Shown here piece by piece: positions 27,828 to 38,104 of a stretch of 64,000 bases of DNA; position 1 is the first letter of the stretch, and each line of letters starts with the position of its first letter. The notes under the pieces are model-generated. The model did no database searches. It was given only the letters and a program-made list of their open reading frames with translations, and was not told where the DNA came from. The position numbers and the translations under genes are program-made. The DNA lies in contig JBGCFM010000016.1 in NCBI GenBank assembly GCA_045106895.1, forward strand, positions 1 to 64,000. Reading direction: 5' to 3'. The DNA comes from Polyangiales bacterium. Lineage in GTDB: Bacteria; Myxococcota_A; Polyangia; Polyangiales; Houyiibacteriaceae.

Positions 27828-28664
27828 CTACGCGCGCCAGGCATCGAGGGCAGCGGCGACGTTCGCCTTCCAGTCACTCATCTCGCCCACCGCTGCCACG
27901 GTGGCGGAGAGGTCGAGGACGCTATAGGCCGGTCGCGGTGCAGGGCGTGGAAACGCCTCGCTGCTGCAAGGTGCGATGTCGCATTCGTTTCCGAGATGTT
28001 CCGAAACAAAGCTAGCGAGCTCGTGCCAGGTGCACTCGCCTCCGTCGGTGACGTGGAAGACCCCACGATGTCCGCCTTCGTGAAGGTCACGCGACACGCG
28101 CGCAAGATGCTCCGAGCTGGTGGGGCGTCCGCGCTGGTCGTTCACCACGGTGAGGGCGTCTTTGTCCGCCGTCAGCTTCGCCATGGTCAGTACGAAGTTC
28201 TTTGCCCAGGGCGCATAGAGCCAGCTCGTCCGAATGATGAGGTGCTGGCCGCCAGCGTCGGCGACGGCGGTCTCGCCCAACGCCTTGGAGCGCCCGTAGG
28301 CGTTGATGGGATCGATGGGCGCGCCGGTGGGGTAGGGCACGGTGCCGGAGCCATCGAAAACGTAGTCCGTGCTGTAGTGGATCAGAGGCACGTCTAGCTC
28401 CGCGCATCGCCTGGCGAGGGCGCCGATAGCGTCCCCGTTAACCGCGGACGCCCGCGCTTCGTCCGTCTCTGCGCCGTCCACGTCGGTGTAGGCCGCGCAG
28501 CAGACAACGAGGGAGTGGGCGCTCGTGATTCGCGCAAGGTCGTCGCTCTTCGTCAGATCGAAGTCTGGGTAGTCGATGCCCTCGTGAGGGCTCCCTTCGC
28601 TCTTGAGGAGCGCTATCCAAGCGCGCCCAAGCATTCCGCCGGAGCCAATGACGAGAGTGCTCAT
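27828..28664 (-). CDS. rmlD: dTDP-4-dehydrorhamnose reductase
   Basis: GSGGMLG, AAYTDVD.AE, STDYVFDG, YGRSK, PRPAYSVL. Confidence 0.96.
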   Translation of the reverse strand: MSTLVIGSGGMLGRAWIALLKSEGSPHEGIDYPDFDLTKSDDLARITSAHSLVVCCAAYTDVDGAETDEARASAVNGDAIGALARRCAELDVPLIHYSTDYVFDGSGTVPYPTGAPIDPINAYGRSKALGETAVADAGGQHLIIRTSWLYAPWAKNFVLTMAKLTADKDALTVVNDQRGRPTSSEHLARVSRDLHEGGHRGVFHVTDGGECTWHELASFVSEHLGNECDIAPCSSEAFPRPAPRPAYSVLDLSATVAAVGEMSDWKANVAAALDAWRA

Positions 28665-29218
28665 GCTTGCCACCGAGGGAGACGCGATTCGTCGATGTCC
28701 GCGAGGGCATTCGCCGCCGCGTCTTTATCGCTTAGGACGGGGCTCTCGACTGGCCACTCGATGCCGATGGCCGGGTCGTTCCACAGAACGGAGAGCTCAG
28801 TCTCGGGGTGGTAGGTGTCCGTACACTTGTAGGAGAAGAGCGCGTGATCGCTTGTGACGACGAAGCCGTGGGCGAACCCCGGCGGAACCCAAAGCTGGCA
28901 GTGGTTCTCGGCGCTCAGCTCAGTGGAAACCCACTTGCCAAAGTACGGCGAACCAACGCGAACGTCCACGGCCACGTCGAAGACGCTGCCTTCCACGACC
29001 TGAACAAGTTTGCCTTGGCCATGGGGGTTCTGTAGATGCAGTCCGCGCAGAACGCCCTTCGGCGAGCGCGAGAGGTTGTCTTGCACAAAGGGAATATCGA
29101 TGCCGGCTTCCGCGTAGCGTTCGAGGGCGAAGGTCTCAACGAAGTACCCGCGGGCATCGCCAAAGACTCTCGGCGTAATGAGTAGGACTCCCGGGAGACC
29201 AAGTGCTTCGACGTTCAC
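28661..29218 (-). CDS. rmlC: dTDP-4-dehydrorhamnose 3,5-epimerase
   Basis: D.RGYF.E, QDN.S.S..GVLRGLH, GFAHGF, YKC. Confidence 0.97.
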   Translation of the reverse strand: MNVEALGLPGVLLITPRVFGDARGYFVETFALERYAEAGIDIPFVQDNLSRSPKGVLRGLHLQNPHGQGKLVQVVEGSVFDVAVDVRVGSPYFGKWVSTELSAENHCQLWVPPGFAHGFVVTSDHALFSYKCTDTYHPETELSVLWNDPAIGIEWPVESPVLSDKDAAANALADIDESRLPRWQA

Positions 29219-30096
29219 TCGAGGCGGCCTTCGGCGAGGTCGATGAGGTAGCGACCGTAGGCCGTCTTCTTCAACGCGTTGCCGCGCTCACCGAGCGTCT
29301 TGGCGTCGATCCACCCGCGGCGGAACGCGATCTCTTCGGGACAGGCGACACGCAGCCCTTGACGCTCCTGCACGGTCTGAACGAAGCTGGAGGCTTGGAG
29401 CAACGCATCCGGGTTTCCGGTGTCGAGCCACGCGATACCACGCCCGAGCTTCTCGAGACGCAGGGTGCCCTCGTCGAGGTAGCAGCGATTCAGATCCGTG
29501 ATCTCGAGCTCGCCGCGCTTCGACGGCTTGAGGTCGCGCGCAAAGTCGACGACGCGATTGTCGTAGAAGTAGAGACCTGCGACGGCGTAGTTCGATTTCG
29601 GCTTCTCCGGTTTCTCCTCGAGTCCGATGACGCGCCCCTCGGCGTCGAACTCCGCGACGCCGTAGGCGCTCGCATCCCGTACCCAGTATCCGAAGACCGA
29701 AGCACCAACATCTTGCTTGTCTGAGGTGCGAAGCAGGTCGGATAGACCTTGGCCGTAGAAGATGTTGTCGCCGAGAACGAGCGCAGAAGGGTTGTTTCCG
29801 ACGAAGTCCGCGCCGATGTGAAACGCTTGCGCCAGACCTTCGGGGTTTGGTTGAACCGCGTACTGAATCTCCATGCCAAACTGCGAGCCGTCCCCTAGCA
29901 GACGCTTGAACATCTCAGACTCATGCGGCGTATTGATGACCAAGACTTCGCGGATGTCCGCCAGCATCAGCGTGCTGAGCGGGTAGTAGATCATCGGCTT
30001 GTCGTAGATTGGCATCAGCTGCTTGCTGACGGCCATGGTGAGCGGATGCAGACGGGTGCCGGAGCCCCCGGCAAGAATAATTCCTTTACGTGTCAT
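29215..30096 (-). CDS. rmlA: Glucose-1-phosphate thymidylyltransferase
   Basis: [44 protein letters not shown]. Confidence 0.97.
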   Translation of the reverse strand: MTRKGIILAGGSGTRLHPLTMAVSKQLMPIYDKPMIYYPLSTLMLADIREVLVINTPHESEMFKRLLGDGSQFGMEIQYAVQPNPEGLAQAFHIGADFVGNNPSALVLGDNIFYGQGLSDLLRTSDKQDVGASVFGYWVRDASAYGVAEFDAEGRVIGLEEKPEKPKSNYAVAGLYFYDNRVVDFARDLKPSKRGELEITDLNRCYLDEGTLRLEKLGRGIAWLDTGNPDALLQASSFVQTVQERQGLRVACPEEIAFRRGWIDAKTLGERGNALKKTAYGRYLIDLAEGRLE

Positions 30097-30103
30097 CAGT
30101 TCC

Positions 30104-31150
30104 TCAGGCGCGGTCGCTGTAGTTGGCTTCGATCCATGATTTGTATCCGCCGGAGCGGACATCATTCACCCACTCGGTGTTTGTGAGGTACCAATTGACG
30201 GTTTTCTTCATGCCGGTCTCGAAAGTCTCGGCTGGTTTCCAGCCACATTCCTTCTCGATTTTGGAGGCGTCGATGGCGTAGCGCATGTCGTGACCAGGGC
30301 GATCTTTGACGAAGGTCTTGAGCCCCAGCAGCTCTTCTGGTTTCGCACCGGTCTCCGCGGCGACGAGCTGGCAGAGCGTGTCGACCACGTCGATGTTGGT
30401 CTTCTCGTTGTGGCCACCAACGTTGTAGGTCTCCCCCACACGTCCTTTTTCGATGACGGTCCAGATCGCTTCGCAGTGGTCCTCCACGTAGAGCCAATCT
30501 CGAACGTTGAGGCCTTCGCCGTAGATGGGCAGAGGCTTACGCTCGAAGGCGTTGAGGATCATGATCGGGATGAGCTTCTCTGGAAACTGCAGCGGACCGT
30601 AGTTGTTCGAACAGTTCGTGATCTTCACCGGCATGCCGTAGGTCCGGTGGTACGCGCGCACGAGGTGATCGCTGGCTGCTTTGCTCGCCGAGTAAGGCGA
30701 GGACGGGTCGTACGCCGTCGTCTCCAGGAAGAAACCTTCCGCGCCGAGGGAGCCGTAGACCTCGTCGGTGCTGACATGGTGGAAGAGGCCTTCGCCATCT
30801 TTCCAGCGATGGCGGCAGGCATCGAGGAGGTTGAAGGTCCCCTCGATGTTGGTCCTCACGAATTCCTTGGGTCCAAGGATGCTCCGGTCGACGTGGCTCT
30901 CCGCCGCGAAATGCACCACGCAATCAGGCGTGTGCTTGTCAAAGCAGGCGTTCACGGCATCACCGTCGGTGATGTCGATGCGTTCGAAGGAGTAATTCTC
31001 GCTTTGGTCGATGGTCGACAGAGACTTCGGGTTAGCGGCGTAGGTCAACACGTCGAGGTTGATGAAATGGTGCTCGGGATGACGAGGGACCATGAGCCGC
31101 AAGAAGTTGGCTCCGATAAAGCCGGCGCCGCCGGTCACTAGAATCTTCAT
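30104..31150 (-). CDS. rmlB: dTDP-glucose 4,6-dehydratase
   Basis: [42 protein letters not shown]. Confidence 0.97.
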   Translation of the reverse strand: MKILVTGGAGFIGANFLRLMVPRHPEHHFINLDVLTYAANPKSLSTIDQSENYSFERIDITDGDAVNACFDKHTPDCVVHFAAESHVDRSILGPKEFVRTNIEGTFNLLDACRHRWKDGEGLFHHVSTDEVYGSLGAEGFFLETTAYDPSSPYSASKAASDHLVRAYHRTYGMPVKITNCSNNYGPLQFPEKLIPIMILNAFERKPLPIYGEGLNVRDWLYVEDHCEAIWTVIEKGRVGETYNVGGHNEKTNIDVVDTLCQLVAAETGAKPEELLGLKTFVKDRPGHDMRYAIDASKIEKECGWKPAETFETGMKKTVNWYLTNTEWVNDVRSGGYKSWIEANYSDRA

Positions 31151-31222
31151 ACCGGTGCTTTATCACAATCACGTGCCGACTTCAGGGGAGACGACACGCC
31201 CCGCGAAAGGTATCGTTGGCGC

Positions 31223-33229
31223 ATGCGTGCCGGTCGAATTTCTATCGTATTACTCTTCACTATCAGCGCCCTCGCCTGCGGGGACGATGATGTCAGTGAG
31301 GACGCCGGGCCGGAGCCTGATGTTGGCGCTCCTCGCGTCACCGTACGACCCTCGGAGAGAGAGGCGTGTGCCGACCGCAACCCCATGCGGAACCCCTATT
31401 TCGGAGACTTGCACGTGCACACGCGCTACAGCTTCGACGCCGCGGCGTACGATGTTCGCTCCGGTCCCGCCGATGCCTACGATTTTGCCCGTGGCGGCGA
31501 GATCGAGTTGCCGCCCTACGATGCCGATGGAAATCCAACGCGTCGGTATCGTCTTAGCCGCCCCCTCGATTTCGCGGCGGTGACGGACCACGCCGAGCTT
31601 CTGGATGTCACCAGCATCTGTACGACGCCGGATTCCGAAGGCTATGACTCCGACACCTGCGCCTCCTACCGCCGCGACGGACCTACTGGAACCTACGGCG
31701 ATTTCATCAGGAGTCTTCTTCCGGGTCCCGAGGCGACGCCCTACTGTGAGGAGAACCCATCGTTGTGCGCCATGGCGCTTGACGACGTCTGGGACGACAC
31801 CGTCAACGCTGCTGAAGCCGCCTACGACCGAACGAGCGCTTGCTCCTTCACTTCTTTTATTGGCTATGAGTGGACCGGGTCCGGCGGCATCGCGCGCAAC
31901 CTCCATCGCAACGTGATCTTCCGGACAGCGACGGCACTCACCAGGCCCGTGTCGTTTGTGCAGGCGACGACGCCAGAGCAGCTTTGGGACCGCCTCGAAA
32001 ACGACTGCCTCGAGAGCGAAACAGACTGCGACCTTCTCGTGATTCCGCACAACGGAAACATCGGCAGCGGCGAGATGTTCGTGCCTGTGACGGAGGACGG
32101 TTCACCCTACGACCGCGAGTTCTCTGAGCGACGCGCGGCCCTCGAGCCGCTCCTTGAAATCTATCAGCACAAGGGTGCCAGCGAGTGTGCCGTGATCACA
32201 GGCGACCCCCTCTCCAGCGAAGATGAGTTCTGCGGCTTCGAGCAGTTCTTCGAGAACTTCTGCAGCTCGCCCGACGAAGAGAACTGCACGCCGCTCTGCG
32301 ACATCGTCGATGCTCCCGGGTTTCTTGGAAACGGCTGCGTCCAGCCGCGGGACTTCGCACGCGGCGCACTCCGTACGGGGCTGAGCGAACTCGTTCGAAC
32401 CGGCGCGGATCCGTTCCGGATGGGTTTCATTGGGAGCACCGACACGCACAACGCGACGCCCGGCGCCGTGAACGAGAGTGACTGGCCAGGTCACACCGGC
32501 GTGGCCGACGACGAAGCCGAAGACGCCCTCGGCGCGCCAGGCGAGGGCATCAACGTTCGCATTCGAACCTCCTCGCCGGGCGGCTTGGCTGTCATCTGGG
32601 CCGACGAAAACTCCAGGCCCGCGCTCTTCGATGCGATGAGGCGCCGCGAAACATACGGGACCAGCGGAACCCGCATCGTGGCCCGTTTCTTTGGTGGCTG
32701 GGGCTACGACGAAGACCTCTGCGACTCGCCAGACTTCGTCTCGACGGGCTACGCCGAAGGTGTCCCTATGGGTGCAATCCTTCCGGCGCGCACCGGAGAT
32801 GCCGCACCGACCTTCGCGGTTCGCGCACTCGCCGACGCCATGGGCGCTCCGCTCCAGCGAATCCAGATCATCAAAGGTCGCGTCGACCCCGCGACGGGCG
32901 AAACGAGCGAGACCGTCTTCGACGTCGCCGGCGGCGACAACGGGGCGAGCGTCAACCTCGTCACCTGCGAGCCGAGCGGTGCCGGCGCGACGGACCTCTG
33001 CGATGTCTGGACGGACCCGGAGTTCAACCCTGACGAGCCTGCGTTCTACTATGCACGCGTTCTTGAGAACCCTACGTGCCGCTGGAGTCACTACATGTGC
33101 AACCGAGCGGGAGTCGACTGCGACAGCGTCGACCCCGAGTCGAACCTCGCGTCGTGCTGTGACCCGGAGTTCACCGAGCGCACCATCCAGGAGCGCGCCT
33201 GGACGAGCCCCATCTGGTACACGCCCTAA
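31223..33229 (+). CDS. DUF3604 family lipoprotein (PHP-like metal-binding hydrolase)
   Basis: FGDLHVHT, PLDFAAVTDHAE, NLHRNVIF, IPHN, GSTDTH, ERAWTSPIW; lipobox ALAC. Confidence 0.88.
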   Translation: MRAGRISIVLLFTISALACGDDDVSEDAGPEPDVGAPRVTVRPSEREACADRNPMRNPYFGDLHVHTRYSFDAAAYDVRSGPADAYDFARGGEIELPPYDADGNPTRRYRLSRPLDFAAVTDHAELLDVTSICTTPDSEGYDSDTCASYRRDGPTGTYGDFIRSLLPGPEATPYCEENPSLCAMALDDVWDDTVNAAEAAYDRTSACSFTSFIGYEWTGSGGIARNLHRNVIFRTATALTRPVSFVQATTPEQLWDRLENDCLESETDCDLLVIPHNGNIGSGEMFVPVTEDGSPYDREFSERRAALEPLLEIYQHKGASECAVITGDPLSSEDEFCGFEQFFENFCSSPDEENCTPLCDIVDAPGFLGNGCVQPRDFARGALRTGLSELVRTGADPFRMGFIGSTDTHNATPGAVNESDWPGHTGVADDEAEDALGAPGEGINVRIRTSSPGGLAVIWADENSRPALFDAMRRRETYGTSGTRIVARFFGGWGYDEDLCDSPDFVSTGYAEGVPMGAILPARTGDAAPTFAVRALADAMGAPLQRIQIIKGRVDPATGETSETVFDVAGGDNGASVNLVTCEPSGAGATDLCDVWTDPEFNPDEPAFYYARVLENPTCRWSHYMCNRAGVDCDSVDPESNLASCCDPEFTERTIQERAWTSPIWYTP

Positions 33230-33284
33230 ATGCGGGAGAAATGCGGGGGCATACGCTTCCTCGCTTGTCTGTTAGGGTCCCTCG

Positions 33285-33932
33285 ATGATCGAAGGGCTCT
33301 TTATCGCACTCGAAGGCGTCGACGGCGCCGGCACCACGACGCACACCAAGATCCTCATGGAGCGTTTGGGTGCACGTGGGTTGCCCACGCACTCCACCCG
33401 TGAGCCCAGCGATGGACCCATCGGCACGATGATTCGCCAGATTCTTAGCGGACGTTTGGTGGTTCGGGGAGTGTCTGGCCCCAGGCCGCCCAGTTGGACG
33501 ACGATGGCGCTGCTCTTCGCCGCCGACCGAACGGACCACGTGGAAGCGGAGATCGTCCCGAACCTCATGGACGGTGTCACCGTGATCTCGGATCGCTACG
33601 TGCACTCGTCGGTGGCATACCAGTCGCTCTCCAGCGGCGGCGGCGAAGACTCGATTCGCTGGGTCCGGGAGATCAATGCGGAGGCGCGCCGCCCCGACCT
33701 GACCATCGTCCTCGACGTCACGGCGGAGACGGCAAACAGCCGCCGCGACGACCGGGGAGGGCGAGCGGAGCTCTACGAATACGAAGAGCTGCAGATCTCG
33801 CTCGCGGACTTCTACACCAACATCGAGAAACATTTTCCTGGTGAGAGCATCGTCCACGTGGACGGCAACGGCTCCATCGAGGAGGTCGCCGAGGCTGTTT
33901 ATGCCGCGGTTTGTAAGGCCCGCGGCGAGTAA
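33285..33932 (+). CDS. tmk: Thymidylate kinase
   Basis: FIALEGVDGAG, TREP, LFAADR, ISDRY..SS.AYQ, PDLT..LDV. Confidence 0.93.
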   Translation: MIEGLFIALEGVDGAGTTTHTKILMERLGARGLPTHSTREPSDGPIGTMIRQILSGRLVVRGVSGPRPPSWTTMALLFAADRTDHVEAEIVPNLMDGVTVISDRYVHSSVAYQSLSSGGGEDSIRWVREINAEARRPDLTIVLDVTAETANSRRDDRGGRAELYEYEELQISLADFYTNIEKHFPGESIVHVDGNGSIEEVAEAVYAAVCKARGE

Positions 33933-34015
33933 GAACGCCTCGGCGCCGAACAAGCGCACAATTTGTGCGCGCACCCATCTTCAGGCGGCTCTGCCACCCG
34001 CCGTTCAGAGCCTTC

Positions 34016-34903
34016 ATGGTGCATTCTCGAGACATCAACTACGGCCGCGGAGAACACGTCATCGATGTCGAGCTCGTGAACGTTGATGTCGTGTCCGCCG
34101 CTTTGGACGCGACCTTCGGGTCGCCGACCTACCACGCTCCGGTCCTGCCTGCCGTTGCGCTTCAGGTCTATGAGCTGTCGCGACAGAGCACAGTAGATAT
34201 CGATGCGATTTGTGCGGCGCTCGAAACGGACGCACTTCTCTCGGCGGACGTGCTCCGGATCACCGAGAGTGGGACTTTTGCTCGAGCGACGCCGTGCCGC
34301 AGCATTCGCGAAGCTGCGATGCGGCTGGGGGTAGTGACACTTCGTGATCATGTGTTTCGTGTCGCGCTTGAAGGTCGCGTATTTCGCTCGAAGCACTTCA
34401 ACGAATCGATGAACTCTCTCCGAGCCCACAGTGTCGCAGTCGGCATCGTGGCCCGGCGGATCGTGGAGGAGACCGCCCACTCTCCAGACTTCGCTTTCCT
34501 GTCCGGAGTGCTGCACGACATCGGGCTCGCCGCCGGACTTTTGGTCTTCGAAGAGTGGCATCGAGACGGACGCTACCCGGGGGACGAGTACGCGATGCCC
34601 GCACTGATGCAGATTCACGCTCAGGCCGGGGAAAGGGTTGCGACACTTTGGAACTTGCCGCAGGAGCTCCGCTGGATCATTGGCGCTCACCACTCGGGCA
34701 AGGTCAGCGGCTACTCACACCCCATCGCCTCGGCCTGCCTGCTCGCCGAGAGTATAGTGAACGAACTTGGTTTCGCTGTTCGCCTTGGCGCGGGGGTAGA
34801 TACCTCGCACCCCCGTTCTGTCACGTCAGCCACTGCGTGCCTCGCTTTGGATGCAAAGACGATGGATCGAATTCGTGATGACGCTGCGGAGTTGCTTGCA
34901 TGA
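34016..34903 (+). CDS. HDOD domain protein
   Basis: PVLPAVA, SIREA..RLG, HS.AV, GVLHDIG, H..AG.....WNLP. Start uncertain (33965-34076). Confidence 0.85.
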   Translation: MVHSRDINYGRGEHVIDVELVNVDVVSAALDATFGSPTYHAPVLPAVALQVYELSRQSTVDIDAICAALETDALLSADVLRITESGTFARATPCRSIREAAMRLGVVTLRDHVFRVALEGRVFRSKHFNESMNSLRAHSVAVGIVARRIVEETAHSPDFAFLSGVLHDIGLAAGLLVFEEWHRDGRYPGDEYAMPALMQIHAQAGERVATLWNLPQELRWIIGAHHSGKVSGYSHPIASACLLAESIVNELGFAVRLGAGVDTSHPRSVTSATACLALDAKTMDRIRDDAAELLA

Positions 34904-35463
34904 AGATGAAGCTCCTCATTCTCATCGTCGGCCTGGGGGGCGGCGCTGCGCTCATGCATTTCTTCGAAAAGCCGGCTCGCCAGGCCGTTGGCCTACTGGG
35001 GCGTGAAGTCGAAGCAAGCGTCCTGGAAGAGCGCCGCGATGAAGACGGCCGACTTGTCCTCATGCTCGAAAGCGAAGGCGAGTCGATGTTGGCGACGTTC
35101 CGCGAGCGCGCAGATGACGTTGCATCCCTTGTTCATGTGGGCGACGTCGTTACATTTCGTGCACCCATCGATGGTGTGTTCTCCGATGATGTTCCGCTCC
35201 TCAGCGTCCGGCGCTCGGAGGCTAGCGAAGACGAAGGGTCCGCTGAAGAATCGACCGAACCGGTTGAAGAGTCTGAGGCCGAGCAAGCCGAGGCGGCGGA
35301 GGCAGAAGAGCTCCAAGACGCGGAACCAACGGAAAATCCTGCAGCGGAGGTAGAGGAGGGAGAAGAAGGAGAAGAAGGAGAAGAAGACGCCCCGCAGCCC
35401 GTCGCAGACGCGGCGAACCCCGAATCTGAAGGTGCTGAGCCCCCACAAAGCGCGGAAAGTTGA
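34900..35463 (+). CDS. Hypothetical membrane-anchored protein with acidic low-complexity tail
   Basis: N-terminal TM; E/A/P-rich C-terminus; 4-nt overlap with the HDOD gene. Confidence 0.7.
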   Translation: MKMKLLILIVGLGGGAALMHFFEKPARQAVGLLGREVEASVLEERRDEDGRLVLMLESEGESMLATFRERADDVASLVHVGDVVTFRAPIDGVFSDDVPLLSVRRSEASEDEGSAEESTEPVEESEAEQAEAAEAEELQDAEPTENPAAEVEEGEEGEEGEEDAPQPVADAANPESEGAEPPQSAES

Positions 35464-35493
35464 CCCCTTCGCAGAGTTCTACGAGAACGGGGC

Positions 35494-35931
35494 ATGCGAA
35501 TTCTAGCCGTGCTCTCTTTCACCCTCGTCGCTTGCGCAAGCAGCGCGCCCGCTCCTGAGCACGCCGAGGCTGCTCCTGTAGCTGCTCACTATGAAGCGCC
35601 GTCGGTCCAAGGCGAGATTCCCCGGGGTGCCCTCGCGGGTGTATTGGAGCTGGGTCTGCCGCGTTTTCTCCGCGGCGTCCTCACGGAACCACACTTGGAA
35701 AACGGCAGCTTCGTGGGCTACCGCATCATGCAGATGTACCCCGACGACCCGCGCTTTCAGACCCTGGAGCTTCAGCCCGGCGATACCGTCACGCGCGTCA
35801 ATGGTCGCTCCATCGAACGACCCGAGCAGGCCTACGAAGTCTGGATGAGCCTACGTGTCTCCAGCGAGCTGCTCGTGGACTTCTTGCACGAAGGCGAAGA
35901 GCGACAGATTCGTTTCGCCATCGTGGACTAG
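35494..35931 (+). CDS. Lipoprotein with PDZ domain (GspC C-terminal-like)
   Basis: Lipobox LVAC; G.FVGYRI, LQPGD.VTRVNG.SI. Confidence 0.78.
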   Translation: MRILAVLSFTLVACASSAPAPEHAEAAPVAAHYEAPSVQGEIPRGALAGVLELGLPRFLRGVLTEPHLENGSFVGYRIMQMYPDDPRFQTLELQPGDTVTRVNGRSIERPEQAYEVWMSLRVSSELLVDFLHEGEERQIRFAIVD

Positions 35932-35939
35932 CCGTCCAG

Positions 35940-36351
35940 TCGATCCGGGCGTCGGCGTGCGCGTGGAAGGCACAGGGGGTGTAGCCTCCAACGCCAGTGG
36001 CTTGAAGAGCCGTCTCAGACGGCTCATCAAGACGAGTCAACAAGTTGTCTCGTGCGGCGGAGTCGGCTCCACCCCTGTGCCTTCCCCGCGCCCTTCATAT
36101 CCAGCGAAGCCATGACTACACATAGGGTTGGCGGTCTCCGATAGACCTTAGGGTCTACGTCGATCGCCGGCTGAAACGCGGGACGCGGAGCTTACGTTCT
36201 CGGGGTGCGGAACGAAGTGTTCGATCCGGGCGTCGGCGTGCGCGTGGAAGGCACAGGGTAGCCTCCAACGCCAGTGGCTTGAAGAGCCGTCTCAGACGGC
36301 TCATCAAGACGAGTCAACAAGTTGTCTCGTGCTTGGCGGTTTCCGATAGAC
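35940..36351. repeat. Duplicated, highly structured intergenic element (116-nt block repeated at 281-bp period plus a 19-nt second block)
   Basis: 35940-36055 equals 36221-36332 apart from a 4-nt indel; 36128-36146 matches 36333-36351 at 18/19; multiple hairpins. Confidence 0.85.
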
Positions 36352-36363
36352 GGGATGCGGCGC

Positions 36364-37431
36364 TTAGCTGGTCAGCGCGACGGCGAGAGCGATGGCGCCG
36401 CCCACTGCGAGGGCGATGCCGATGCCGAGGACGACATAGGGGGCCTTCGAAGCCGCAGGCGCGGCCATTGGAACGTCCGCGCGTGGCGCCACGGGTGCAG
36501 CGAGGGCGACAGGCGCCTCCGCGACAGGCGCTGGTGTGGGTGCGGGCACGAGGGAGTCTTCGCCCGGCGGCATCGAGAGGCATGAGTCCAGCGCTGTCGC
36601 GAACTCCGCTGCCGTGTTGTAACGGTTGTCCGGGTCCTTTTGCAGGGCCTTCATCACGGCATGGTTGAGCGCTGCGGGGATGTCCGGCATGCGTTCGTTG
36701 AGCGGAATCGGCGGCGCGTTGACGTGCAACTGAATGAACTCGATGGGCTGCTTCGCGTCGAAGGGTAGCTTCCCGCTGACGAGCTCATACATGATGATGC
36801 CCAAGGAGTAGATGTCCGAGCGCGGGTCTAGCGGCTTTCCGCGGGCCTGTTCCGGGCTCATGAACTCCGGCGTGCCGAAGACCATGCCTTCGCGTGTCAG
36901 GATCATGGACCCTGGCTTCATTTGTTTCTCGGTGACCTTTGCGAGGCCGAAGTCTAGGACCTTCGGGTAGTCTTCGATTCCGCCCTGAGCCGTCAGGAAG
37001 ATATTCTCCGGCTTGAGGTCACGATGAATGATCCCGGCACGGTGTGCTTCGTCGAGGGCTGCACATACCTGCGACATCACGCCGACGGCGCGGTGATACT
37101 CCATGGGGCCGTCTGCGCGCACGAGCTGCGCGAGGTTGCGACCCTCAAGGTGTTCCATGACAAAGTAGCAGGACCCGTCATCGAGCTGTCCGTAGAGGAA
37201 CACGCGGGCCGTGTTCGGGTGGGACAGGTGGCTCATCGCGCGTGCTTCACGTCTAAAACGTGAGACCAAGTCCGGCCGCGCAAGGTAGCGCTTGTGGAGG
37301 ATCTTGATCGCGACGTGCCGATTCATGTCGGGCTGCTCGGCCTTGTATACCGAGCCCATACCGCCCGAGCCAATACGCTTCACGATTCGGAACTGACCAG
37401 CGACCTCTCGGCCGACGTAACTCTCCGCCAC
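36364..37431 (-). CDS. Hanks-type Ser/Thr protein kinase with C-terminal TM
   Basis: GSGGMG, VAIK, HRDLKPEN, DFG, GTPEFMSPEQ. Confidence 0.96.
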   Translation of the reverse strand: MAESYVGREVAGQFRIVKRIGSGGMGSVYKAEQPDMNRHVAIKILHKRYLARPDLVSRFRREARAMSHLSHPNTARVFLYGQLDDGSCYFVMEHLEGRNLAQLVRADGPMEYHRAVGVMSQVCAALDEAHRAGIIHRDLKPENIFLTAQGGIEDYPKVLDFGLAKVTEKQMKPGSMILTREGMVFGTPEFMSPEQARGKPLDPRSDIYSLGIIMYELVSGKLPFDAKQPIEFIQLHVNAPPIPLNERMPDIPAALNHAVMKALQKDPDNRYNTAAEFATALDSCLSMPPGEDSLVPAPTPAPVAEAPVALAAPVAPRADVPMAAPAASKAPYVVLGIGIALAVGGAIALAVALTS

Positions 37432-37525
37432 GGACGCACTCTACACGAGCACAAGCACGGAAGAAACGAGGGATTCTCCGAAAAAAAGGAAGAAACCAGC
37501 TTCTTGGGGCTCCGAGGACCTTGCC

Positions 37526-38104
37526 ATGAAGCGAATCCCCCCCTCCGCCGCCCGAAAAGCAGGCCGACGCATCGTCTCAAAAGGCCGCGGACGCGCTCAA
37601 AGCGCCTCGTTTGTCTCAGTCCTGGCCCGAGGTGAACGCACAGTGACGGGGGCTCCGAAGGGAAGGAAAAGCCAGCCCCGAGCACTTGTGCGACATGAAG
37701 AACGCCAAGAGACCCCAGGCGAAGGCGATCGCATCCTAGGTGAAGCGGAGTTTGCACCCGAGCGAGCGAGGCTGGACGAGTTTCTCTTCAATCCGGTTCT
37801 TCACCCAACAAACCTGGCAGGTCGCACGCCGGCCTCAGCCGCGCCGCAGGCCAGCGCCCTCGAACGGGCGCAAGCGGCGGCCCTAGCCGAGCGTGTGCTC
37901 CACTCGGTCCAAGTCGGTCGTATTCAAGGCGGCCACCTTGTTCGTCTGCGGCTCTCCTCCGATGTGGAGATCCAGCTTCGCCACTGCGACGGTGTGCTGC
38001 AGGCGACGGTTGTTGGGGAGGGCGATCAAGGCGCGCTTGCGAGACGCCTCGACTCGGAGCTACGCGCGCGCGGGCTCCGCTTCGACCGCGTCGAGCTTGG
38101 TTGA
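37526..38104 (+). CDS. Hypothetical protein, C-terminus resembles FliK/SctP (hook/needle length control) domain
   Basis: C-terminal VRLRL...VEIQLR..DG.LQATV...L...L..RGL pattern; low-complexity N-terminus; SctQ-like gene nearby. Confidence 0.5.
   Translation: MKRIPPSAARKAGRRIVSKGRGRAQSASFVSVLARGERTVTGAPKGRKSQPRALVRHEERQETPGEGDRILGEAEFAPERARLDEFLFNPVLHPTNLAGRTPASAAPQASALERAQAAALAERVLHSVQVGRIQGGHLVRLRLSSDVEIQLRHCDGVLQATVVGEGDQGALARRLDSELRARGLRFDRVELG

Noticed and set aside
27828..31150. rmlBACD as a horizontally acquired polysaccharide island
   Set aside because: Composition looks like the flanks, and no glycosyltransferase, integrase or boundary repeats are present; an ordinary stand-alone operon.
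36001..36031. Hammerhead-ribozyme-like TGATGAG-stem on the minus strand of the duplicated element
   Set aside because: It reads CTTGATGAG rather than CTGATGAG, and the stem is followed by CTCTTC, not the required CGAAA. It is just a palindromic hairpin.
35940..36351. CRISPR array interpretation of the repeats
   Set aside because: Only two copies of a >110-nt unit, no short repeat-spacer periodicity and no cas genes in the window.
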